NCBI GenBank assembly: GCA_040755315.1
Contig: JBFMBF010000029.1
Span: 1 to 13,848 of the forward strand
DNA length: 13,848 nucleotides
DNA from: Candidatus Hadarchaeota archaeon
Lineage (GTDB): Archaea; Hadarchaeota; Hadarchaeia; Hadarchaeales; Hadarchaeaceae
Direction of reading: 5' to 3'
Part shown: positions 1 to 7,022 of the stretch, piece after piece
How the letters are laid out: each line of letters starts with the position of its first letter
Position numbering within the stretch: position 1 is the stretch's first letter
Program-made: the position numbers and the translations under genes
Notes under the pieces: model-generated
Database searches by the model: none
Seen by the model: only the letters and a program-made list of their open reading frames with translations
Told to the model about the DNA's origin: nothing

Positions 1-67
1 CATGGGGTTGCTCCGCAGCGATGGCACCGCTAGGCCGGCCTGGAACAGCTGGGTTAATGCCTGGTGA
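1..67 (+). CDS. 3' end of a gene entering the window; probable glycoside hydrolase clan-A-like (TIM-barrel) C-terminus
   Basis: The frame from position 2 reads MGLLRSDGTARPAWNSWVNAW-stop (TGA 65-67). GLxxxDGxx[KR]PAW is a typical C-terminal motif of GH-A-like hydrolases. Only 21 residues are visible. Confidence 0.55.
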   Translation, partial: MGLLRSDGTARPAWNSWVNAW

Positions 68-89
68 GTAATAGTAAATTGGTGAAATT

Positions 90-1019
90 TTGAGGTCGGC
101 GAAGGCAGTTGTAATCAGCAAATTTGCGTCCGACTTGCTCAGGGTGCCTGGAACAGCTGAGGTCCACAGTGTTTTCGACCGGACGTTTAACATTCTGGTC
201 AGGGACGAGCTTGTGGGTGTGGTCAGGGGCGACATTTCTCCGAGCCACATAGATTTAGTGACGGATATCTCTCCAAGCGAAACAATGGGCGCTCTGGGAG
301 TCAAATCAGGGATGAAAGTTCAGGTGGCCGCTGGCTGGGTCGTTGTGGGAGGTGTTCTCTCAATATCGCTGAAAGAAGCAAAACTCTGGCAACCGCCGAC
401 CAGCGTGGAGAATCCACTTGCATTGGAGCTGGTAGAGCAAAACTTGGAAAAGGCGAAAAAAGTAGCAATCGGATGGGCAGGCACCGAAGGGATCAGCCAA
501 TTGTTGAAACATTTGGATGAGGTGATCGAGGGCGGAGTAATTTCCGCTGACCTGAACGCGATTTCTAAGACCGCTCTCCCCCATATCTCAAAAATGGTGG
601 AATCGACGCGCAAAGGCGACATCTCCGGCGTGAAAACATCCGCGAAGGGTATAATCGGTTTAGGACCCGGGCTTACTCCCTCTGGAGACGACTTTTTGTC
701 AGGCTTTGTTTCCGCCCTCTGGTGGTTTTCCCGCTCATTTGGCAAGGGGATTGTTGTTGCAGATGAAATCAACGCGTCGATTTTCTATGAAGCTAAAAAA
801 ACAAATTTGTTGAGCAGGCAACTGTTGCAGCATGCCGTTCACGGTGAAGTGAACGAGCGCGTTGGGAAGCTGCTGCTGGCGATTTTGTCAGGTGCGCAGT
901 CGGAAATAGGGCCGCTGGTTGAACAGGTCGCAAAGATTGGCGAAACATCTGGCGTGGACATGATGGTCGGGCTCCTCTTGGGGGCGAGGGTTGGCCTGCA
1001 TTTTAAAAAATACTTGTAA
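90..1019 (+). CDS. DUF2877 family protein (YahE/YlbF(AllH)-like)
   Basis: 309 aa with a TTG start after GGTGA (81-85). Family motifs: N-terminal VHSVFDRTFNI, IGLGPGLTPSGDDFLSG, KTNLLSRQLL and IGETSGVDMMVG. The usual partner families (FdrA, DUF1116) lie within about 2.5-5.5 kb. Confidence 0.9.
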   Translation: MRSAKAVVISKFASDLLRVPGTAEVHSVFDRTFNILVRDELVGVVRGDISPSHIDLVTDISPSETMGALGVKSGMKVQVAAGWVVVGGVLSISLKEAKLWQPPTSVENPLALELVEQNLEKAKKVAIGWAGTEGISQLLKHLDEVIEGGVISADLNAISKTALPHISKMVESTRKGDISGVKTSAKGIIGLGPGLTPSGDDFLSGFVSALWWFSRSFGKGIVVADEINASIFYEAKKTNLLSRQLLQHAVHGEVNERVGKLLLAILSGAQSEIGPLVEQVAKIGETSGVDMMVGLLLGARVGLHFKKYL

Positions 1020-1020
1020 T

Positions 1021-1060
1021 CAAAAGCCTTATTTGAAAGGGTACAAATGTCGGTCGGTGA
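1021..1060 (+). promoter_or_regulatory. Putative archaeal BRE/TATA promoter and RBS of the acyl-CoA synthetase
   Basis: CAAAAG followed by CTTATTTGAAA about 30 nt before ATG 1064; GGTGA at 1056-1060. Confidence 0.45.
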
Positions 1061-1063
1061 AAA

Positions 1064-3016
1064 ATGGCCGGTGAAGAATTTCATTTCCGCGCGCCGCCAG
1101 AGTATTACAATCTCTGGAAGCGGTCGCTGGATGACCCAGAAAATTTCTGGGCCGAGATTGCAGAAAAATCCGCGGGAGACATCCACTGGTTCAAAAGGTG
1201 GGACAAGGCCTTCCTGTGGGAGTACCCGAAGTTCAAGTGGTTCATCGGAGGGCTTACCAATGCCGGGTACAACTGCATGGACTACAAGCAGAAGTACAAA
1301 GATAAACCGGCATACATCTACGAGGTACCCGAGCTCGGCATTTCCAAAGCCGTCACTTACAGCCAGCTTTTCGATCTCGCAAAGAGGTACTCCTCTGCTC
1401 TGCGGGGCTCAGGCGTGGAGAAGGGCGACCGCGTGCTGCTGTACCTGCCGAATTCACCCGAAGCGGTGGCCGCGCTTCTGGCATGCGCGAGGATAGGCGC
1501 GATATCAACAACCGTGTTCGCCGGTTTTTCGCCTAAAGCATTGGCGGACAGGATAGAGCTCACCACCCCCAAACTCATCATAACCCAAGATTTCTCCACA
1601 AGGCGAGGCAAGCTTGTGGAGCTGAAGAGCAACATAGACCGAGCGTTTGATCTTCTTCCCCCAGGAATTGTGGACCCAATAAAATCCGTCGTGGTAAAAA
1701 GGGCCGTGCTTGAAAAAGAGCCGCCGATGAAGCAGGGTAGGGACATCTGGCTTGAGGAGTTTGAGTCGAGGGGGAAGGGGCAGAGCAGCGACATTGTACA
1801 AATGGAAGCAAATGATCCTCTCTTGGTCATGTGCACCTCTGGCACCACTGCCAAACCAAAGCCGGTGGTCCACGTCCACGGTGGATTCCAGATCTGGACT
1901 TACTGGACCGCCAAATGGATTTACGGAATAAAGCCAAACGATGTGATCTTCAACACATCTGACATAGGTTGGATAGTCGGCCAGAGCTACATAGTGTTCG
2001 CCCCGCTGCTCGCTGGGGCGACATGCATTTTGTTTGAAGGGACTCCAGACCACCCCAAGCCCGACGTTTGGTGGGATGTTGTGGATAAACACAAGGCCAC
2101 GTTAATATGGACATCCCCCACTGGTGCCAGGGTTCTGCGCCAGCTGGGCTTGGATCAGGCGAAGAAACACAACTTGGGCGCGGTTGAACGAGTGGTTTGC
2201 GCAGGTGAAGTCCTGAACCCTGAAGTCTGGTCTTGGCTCCACCGCGAAGTTTTCGGCGAAAGGATACCTGTGATTGATCACATGTGGCAGACAGAGGTTC
2301 CTGGCGCGATTTTTGGGTATCCTTACGGGATTTCCATGCCGAAAGTCAAACCTGGTTCTGCTGGCTTCCCGCTTCCTGGGGTGGTGCCGAAGATCATAGA
2401 CGAGCGCACAGGGCAGCAGTGCAAGGTGAGTGAGAAAGGAGTTTTAACCCTTGAAAGGCCGATCCCAGGGATGACGCCCACAATTTGGAACGACTTTGAA
2501 AGATACGTGCGGGAGTACTGGGAAGCCAAGCCATACTCAAGCAGGAAATATTTCACTGGGGACTCTGCATACTTGGATGGAGACGGCTACATATTTTTTG
2601 CTGGCAGGGCCGATGAGGTCATAAAAATCGCCGGGCACAGGATTGGCACCGTGGAAGTGGAAAACGCGCTCATCACCCACCCAGCGGTGGCAGAAACTGC
2701 CGTCTGTGGCGTGCCGGACGAGTTGAGAGGGGAAGTCGCGGCGGCTTTTGTGGTTTTGAAAAAGGGGCGGACGCCGTCAGAGGAGCTGAAGAAAGAGCTG
2801 CTTGGCCACGTCAGGAAAACCATGGGCCCGATAATCGTGTTCAAGAGTATGGAGTTCGTGAACATGCTGCCGAAGACTAGAAGCGGGAAGATAATGAGGC
2901 GGGTCATGAAAAGGCTGTTGACGGGTGGGGAACTGGGCGACCTCTCCACCATCGAGGAAGGGGCTTCCGTAGATGAGATAAAGGCCGCAATCTCAAAGAT
3001 AAAATCCTCCGAGTGA
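1064..3016 (+). CDS. acs: AMP-forming acetate/short-chain acyl-CoA ligase (acetyl-CoA synthetase family), divergent
   Basis: 650 aa. ACS N-terminus (SLDDPENFWAEIA, WFIGGLTNAGYNC), AMP-binding loop TSGTTAKPK, DIGWIVGQSY, WQTE, YFTGD, GRADEVIKIAGHRIGTVEVE, and PKTRSGKIMRR with the catalytic/acetylatable Lys (codon 2888-2890). Confidence 0.92.
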   Translation: MAGEEFHFRAPPEYYNLWKRSLDDPENFWAEIAEKSAGDIHWFKRWDKAFLWEYPKFKWFIGGLTNAGYNCMDYKQKYKDKPAYIYEVPELGISKAVTYSQLFDLAKRYSSALRGSGVEKGDRVLLYLPNSPEAVAALLACARIGAISTTVFAGFSPKALADRIELTTPKLIITQDFSTRRGKLVELKSNIDRAFDLLPPGIVDPIKSVVVKRAVLEKEPPMKQGRDIWLEEFESRGKGQSSDIVQMEANDPLLVMCTSGTTAKPKPVVHVHGGFQIWTYWTAKWIYGIKPNDVIFNTSDIGWIVGQSYIVFAPLLAGATCILFEGTPDHPKPDVWWDVVDKHKATLIWTSPTGARVLRQLGLDQAKKHNLGAVERVVCAGEVLNPEVWSWLHREVFGERIPVIDHMWQTEVPGAIFGYPYGISMPKVKPGSAGFPLPGVVPKIIDERTGQQCKVSEKGVLTLERPIPGMTPTIWNDFERYVREYWEAKPYSSRKYFTGDSAYLDGDGYIFFAGRADEVIKIAGHRIGTVEVENALITHPAVAETAVCGVPDELRGEVAAAFVVLKKGRTPSEELKKELLGHVRKTMGPIIVFKSMEFVNMLPKTRSGKIMRRVMKRLLTGGELGDLSTIEEGASVDEIKAAISKIKSSE

Positions 3017-3031
3017 ACGGCTTATTTAAAT
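3016..3031 (+). promoter_or_regulatory. Putative TATA box for the small membrane protein gene
   Basis: AACGGCTTATTTAAAT lies about 30 nt upstream of ATG 3061 and shares the CTTATTT core seen before acs. Confidence 0.45.
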
Positions 3032-3060
3032 CTCCGCATGTCTATCAGTTGTGTGATTGT

Positions 3061-3456
3061 ATGGTGACAAAGCGTTCGGTTGGGAACACGAGCATCGGCG
3101 TGGGTTCTTTAATTCTAGCGTTGGGCGCAATCTTCCTTGTGCTAGCATATTTTAACAATACAATGAATAAAGCTTGGTTCGTCCAGCTCCCATGGCTTAC
3201 TGAATTTTTTGCAAGCTCGGTAGGGATAGTCATAGGAGTGATACTGATCGGGTTTGGAGTGTACATGCGCAGAACTCTTGGGGGTTATGTTCACAGGATT
3301 TCAAAGCGCGAGGAGGAGCTGGAGAAGGCGAAAGCCGTTGCCGAGAGGAGGTCCCGCGCGGTGTACCGGGTGAGCGGGAAGCTCGGCGACCGCACAAAGC
3401 GGCTGAAGCAGATAGAAAAGCTCGTTAAAGTCCCGAAGAAAAGGAAATCCAAATAG
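3061..3456 (+). CDS. Small membrane protein with two predicted TM helices and a basic, coiled-coil-like C-terminal tail
   Basis: Hydrophobic stretches IGVGSLILALGAIFLVLAYF and FFASSVGIVIGVILIGFGVY, then ISKREEELEKAKAVAERR...VPKKRKSK. ATG 3061 is preferred over GTG 3013 because a TATA-like element lies between them. Confidence 0.7.
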   Translation: MVTKRSVGNTSIGVGSLILALGAIFLVLAYFNNTMNKAWFVQLPWLTEFFASSVGIVIGVILIGFGVYMRRTLGGYVHRISKREEELEKAKAVAERRSRAVYRVSGKLGDRTKRLKQIEKLVKVPKKRKSK

Positions 3457-3458
3457 TT

Positions 3459-4847
3459 TTATTTTTCAACCATCGCGTGCAGAGCTTTTTTGAAGCACTC
3501 GGACGGCGCCCGCAGCACCCCAAACCCGACCGTGCCGAAGCCTGGTTTTTTGTGTGCGACTCCGGTGTTTATTATCGGGAGAACCCCCGTTTCTATCACC
3601 TTCCTGAGGTCGATGCCGCGCGGTATCCCCTCGAAGTTCATGAATGGAATTGAGAAGCTCTTGTCTTTTGTCAGGCAGATCTCCCACATCTCCCTGGTGT
3701 GGCCGATGGCTTCAGTGGGCGTGCCGCCGACCACCTGGACCACCGCCGGAGAGGCCGCCGATGCAAAGCTCCCAAACCCGGCCGTCTCAGTGATTGCGCT
3801 GTCCCCGATGTCCGGGTTGGCGTCGGCCTCAGTGAATCCAGGAAAACACAGAAGCTTCGGCACCTCCGCCGGGGCAGTGAACCACTCGCCGCCGGTGCCG
3901 CTCACCTTTATGCCGAAATCTGTGCCGTTACGTGAGAGCACAGTGACCACAGTACAGTCCTTGATGTTGTGTGCCGCGTCCATGGTGGCCTTGCAGGATG
4001 CCATAACCGGATTCAGCATGAAAAGAAAGTTTTCGCCCATGAACTTCATAACCTCGTTCATGGCCACTTTGTCAAAGCCTGTCGCAGAGATGTATGGTGC
4101 AATGTTTTTCATGAAGAGCAGGCTTGACGCGACGTTCCTGCAGTGGAGCTCGTCCCCCATGTGGAGGGCCTGCGCCATTATCCCCTTAAGTTCGATTGGG
4201 CCAGAGAGCTTGATTGCCTCAGCTAGGACGGGAGCCAATGTATTCTCGATCCACTTCAGCCTCTTGATGACGCTCTCCTCATAAGAACCGTATCTCAAGA
4301 CTTTCCCGAGCCCCTCGTTGAAGGTGGAGTAGACGCGGTTCCCGTTCTCTTTGTTTTCAACGATGAAGACGGGCATGGATGGTGACATTATCCCGGCCAT
4401 CGGCCCGACTGAGTCGTGGTCGTGGCAAGGGGCAAACTCTACTTCCCCTCCGGCGGCCATCCTGTTGGCCTCTTCCTGGTTTTTGGCCAGCCCTTCATAT
4501 ATGAGCGCCCCCCATATCGCCCCTTTGGTGGGACCAGACATTCGGGCCCATTCTATCGGCGGGCCGGAGTGAAGTATTGTTTTATCACTCATCCCGTGGA
4601 TAACTTCTTCCGCCTTTTTTATGCCGACCAAAACCGGTTTCGCCGTCAGGATTTTTTCAATGGCTTTTTTGTTTGCTTCGTCAACTTCTGGACGCTCGAG
4701 TTTTGCTAGAAGCCTCGCCATCTCTGGGTCCCCCCCTGCGGGCGGGCGCCAGTCCACATGGGCCGCGTTGGCCTTCTGGTTCAGGAGGTCCTCGTAAAAA
4801 GACCTCAACCCAATGTTTACTATATTGAGTTCCTTGGGCAGTTTCAT
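3459..4847 (-). CDS. yahG: DUF1116 family protein, YahG/YlbE(AllG)-like
   Basis: 462 aa from ATG 4847, overlapping the fdrA-like stop as ATGA. Motifs: ILHSGPPI, PCHDHDSVGPMAG, NEGLGKVLRYG, ALHMGDELHCRN, SRNGTDFGI, PDIGDSAITET, INTGVAHK. The N-terminal NIGLRSF...VDWRPPAGGD module is the YahG-type architecture. Confidence 0.9.
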   Translation of the reverse strand: MKLPKELNIVNIGLRSFYEDLLNQKANAAHVDWRPPAGGDPEMARLLAKLERPEVDEANKKAIEKILTAKPVLVGIKKAEEVIHGMSDKTILHSGPPIEWARMSGPTKGAIWGALIYEGLAKNQEEANRMAAGGEVEFAPCHDHDSVGPMAGIMSPSMPVFIVENKENGNRVYSTFNEGLGKVLRYGSYEESVIKRLKWIENTLAPVLAEAIKLSGPIELKGIMAQALHMGDELHCRNVASSLLFMKNIAPYISATGFDKVAMNEVMKFMGENFLFMLNPVMASCKATMDAAHNIKDCTVVTVLSRNGTDFGIKVSGTGGEWFTAPAEVPKLLCFPGFTEADANPDIGDSAITETAGFGSFASAASPAVVQVVGGTPTEAIGHTREMWEICLTKDKSFSIPFMNFEGIPRGIDLRKVIETGVLPIINTGVAHKKPGFGTVGFGVLRAPSECFKKALHAMVEK

Positions 4848-6409
4848 TTCAGCTTCCCCCATACTTTGCCTTTTGTAGCTATCAGAGCCGCCACCCTGAC
4901 TGCTTGGGCGTTGGATGGCATCACCACAACCCCTACTTCCTCCAGCTTGCCCTTCTGGGCCGCGAACCCCTGTGGGTCTCCACGCGTCCCGCACACCGAG
5001 GCCACGAACGACAGGTAGCGGCCACCCATTTTCGCCGTTGCTTTCGCCTCTTGGATAGCTCCCTCAAGCTCCCCAGCGGGGTCCGAGTTTGCACCTATCC
5101 CAAGGACGACATCCAGCAGAATCACGGAAACCTCGGGGTCTTTGGCTTCTCTCAGGATGCGCTCCTTCCTGAACCTGAAGTCGATCATGGGGTGCGGGAT
5201 TCCTCTCACAAAATCTTCTGTCCCCATGTCAACGCAGGTGTGGGACCTGCTCTTGTGTATATCAACAAGTTTCATCTCCGGCTTCAGCGCAACATTTGAG
5301 TAGACATCCCCTATCAAGTCCCTCAGTATAAAAAGAGATTCGGCGCACAGTGTTCCCCCTGAAAACAGTCCCCGGATGTACTTCTGTGTCGGCGAGAACT
5401 TTCCGCTTTCCCCGTCCACTATTGCCTTGACCCTTTCTTCCGGAATGGTGAACTTCAGTTCCCACGGTTTTTTTCCGCGAAGAAGCGACATCGCCTTCTG
5501 GGCTGCGTCCTCTAGTGTGCGAGCAGACACACCACCGTACTTCTCCACAAGATTTGGGTCCCCGCCTATGAAGTCCACGACTGCGGGCTTCTTCATATTT
5601 TTTATTTTTTCAAGAATTTTTTCAGACACCTTTGGCGACGGTGGTTTTGAAATCAGGACAATCACCTTCGTCTGCTCGTCGGCTTCCAAAGCCTCGAGGC
5701 CCGCCAGCATTGTTATCCCGCCAACAGTGTCGGATAGGTCGTGGCTTCCGGTTCCGATGGCATGGGAGACCCCGACCTCGTCAAGGATCGAAGAAACTTC
5801 TTGGATGCCAGTGCCTGCAGCGCCGACTATCCCGACAGGTCCGCGCCTGACGACGTTTGAAAACCCCAGGCCTATCCCTCCTAGGATGGCAGTGCCGCAG
5901 TCCGGCCCCATAACCAGAAGCCCCCTTTCGGCAGCGAATTTTTTCATCCTGAGTTCTTCCTCCACTGGAACATCGCTGCTGAATATCATCACGTGTTTTC
6001 CGGCCCCCAGCGCCTTCATGGCCTCGCGGGCGGCGAAATCACCAGGGGTTGAGATCAGGGCAAGGTTGGAGTCAGGGACCGCGTCAAAAGCAGCGCTGGC
6101 AGTCTTGTAAACAACTTCCCCCCCCGCTTCATGTGGCGCCTCCGACAGAAATTCGGCCGCCTTTCCCACGGCTTTTTCGGCTGCATCTTGGGTGGAAGCT
6201 TCGACAGCGATTGCCAGGTCGTTCGCGCCAGCGTTCTTGATTTCGTCTGTCAAAAGCCCGGCGTCTTTGAGCAACTCTTTGTTGTTGTCGGTGGCCATCA
6301 TAGCCGAAGCCTTCGAGACCCCGTCCAGTTGCTCCAGCTGTTGAGAAATCCTCATGAGAACAACAGAATCCCTGTAGTCCCCGCGTCGAATGATTGATTT
6401 TACAGCCAT
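4844..6409 (-). CDS. fdrA: FdrA/YahF-like acyl-CoA synthetase (SucD-like CoA-binding and ligase domains; AllF family)
   Basis: 521 aa. YRDSVVLMRIS, ANDLAIAV, LALISTPGDFAA, LLVMGPDCGTA, GTGIQEV, VLISKPP, IRGLFSGGTL, PHPMID, ILLDVVLGIGANSDPA, VCGTRGDPQ. Confidence 0.93.
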   Translation of the reverse strand: MAVKSIIRRGDYRDSVVLMRISQQLEQLDGVSKASAMMATDNNKELLKDAGLLTDEIKNAGANDLAIAVEASTQDAAEKAVGKAAEFLSEAPHEAGGEVVYKTASAAFDAVPDSNLALISTPGDFAAREAMKALGAGKHVMIFSSDVPVEEELRMKKFAAERGLLVMGPDCGTAILGGIGLGFSNVVRRGPVGIVGAAGTGIQEVSSILDEVGVSHAIGTGSHDLSDTVGGITMLAGLEALEADEQTKVIVLISKPPSPKVSEKILEKIKNMKKPAVVDFIGGDPNLVEKYGGVSARTLEDAAQKAMSLLRGKKPWELKFTIPEERVKAIVDGESGKFSPTQKYIRGLFSGGTLCAESLFILRDLIGDVYSNVALKPEMKLVDIHKSRSHTCVDMGTEDFVRGIPHPMIDFRFRKERILREAKDPEVSVILLDVVLGIGANSDPAGELEGAIQEAKATAKMGGRYLSFVASVCGTRGDPQGFAAQKGKLEEVGVVVMPSNAQAVRVAALIATKGKVWGKLK

Positions 6410-6425
6410 CAGCCTCGGGTAAAAA

Positions 6426-6453
6426 TAAAGGAAACATCTATAAATTGGTTCCG
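6426..6453. promoter_or_regulatory. Putative bidirectional archaeal promoter between fdrA and the pilus locus
   Basis: The 58-bp divergent spacer has TATAAA at 6439-6444. It is preceded by AAGGAAA on + (about 24 nt to ATG 6468) and reads CGGAACCAA-TTTATAG on - (about 30 nt to ATG 6409). Confidence 0.55.
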
Positions 6454-6467
6454 TTGAGTTTTAGTGA

Positions 6468-6974
6468 ATGTCAGAAGTTAGCCCCCCCGCGCCATCAAGG
6501 CAGCCCGTAGGGCTGTTTGGAAAAAAACTCATCGCAGTCATTTTGCTGATGAGCTTGGCCGCAGGCGCGAGTATAATTCTGGCAAGGTCAAGGGCCCCGG
6601 CAGAGAACATGGAAAACCAAGACAACATACAAACTCCTGCCGGAGACTTCAGCATTTCCGCGACCGGCGGCAGCATCCGTTTCACCAAAGGGCAGTATGC
6701 GGAAGTGATCAGCCAGGACTACAGGTACATCCGGCTGGAAAATTTGACTGAAAACTACAGTAAAGTTGTTTCGCTCGATTACTCTCCGAAGGGGAACTGG
6801 CTAAACGTGAGCTTCTCACCAGCCAGCGGGACGCCCACTTTCGAGTCCACGGCGACCGTCGCGATAGACACTGGGCTTCTTCCGGAAAACATGGGATCTT
6901 TCCAGCTTTTGGTGACAGGAGCGAGCTCGGATGGAGTTTCCCACAGCGCGAGCATTCAGGTTACAATCCAGTAA
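6468..6974 (+). CDS. Membrane-anchored/secreted protein with an Ig-like beta-sandwich domain
   Basis: 168 aa. N-terminal hydrophobic segment LIAVILLMSLAAGASIILA. The C-terminal domain DFSISATGG...VSFSPASGTPTFESTATVAID...ASIQVTIQ is of the type common in archaeal surface proteins and is similar to the 11182 product. Confidence 0.75.
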   Translation: MSEVSPPAPSRQPVGLFGKKLIAVILLMSLAAGASIILARSRAPAENMENQDNIQTPAGDFSISATGGSIRFTKGQYAEVISQDYRYIRLENLTENYSKVVSLDYSPKGNWLNVSFSPASGTPTFESTATVAIDTGLLPENMGSFQLLVTGASSDGVSHSASIQVTIQ

Positions 6975-7022
6975 TACAACCGGGTATCTGTCGTGTTTTT
7001 TAGCCGGGCGATTCAATTATAG

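Noticed and set aside
4848..4994. N-terminal extension of the 511-aa DUF1116 ORF
   Set aside because: It overlaps fdrA. The ATGA coupling at 4844-4847 marks the likely start.
3490..6397. Long + strand ORFs (3490-4284, 5376-6110 and others) opposite the DUF1116 and fdrA genes, and similar antisense or alternate-frame ORFs elsewhere (e.g. 1047-1496, 8543-9109, 9596-10417)
   Set aside because: These are shadows of well-supported genes in GC-rich coding DNA, with no motifs or expression signals.
6996..7002. T6 tract between the Ig-like gene and the ATPase
   Set aside because: It could be a terminator or a TTTTTA TATA box for the ATPase. The sequence alone cannot distinguish these, so it is not called.
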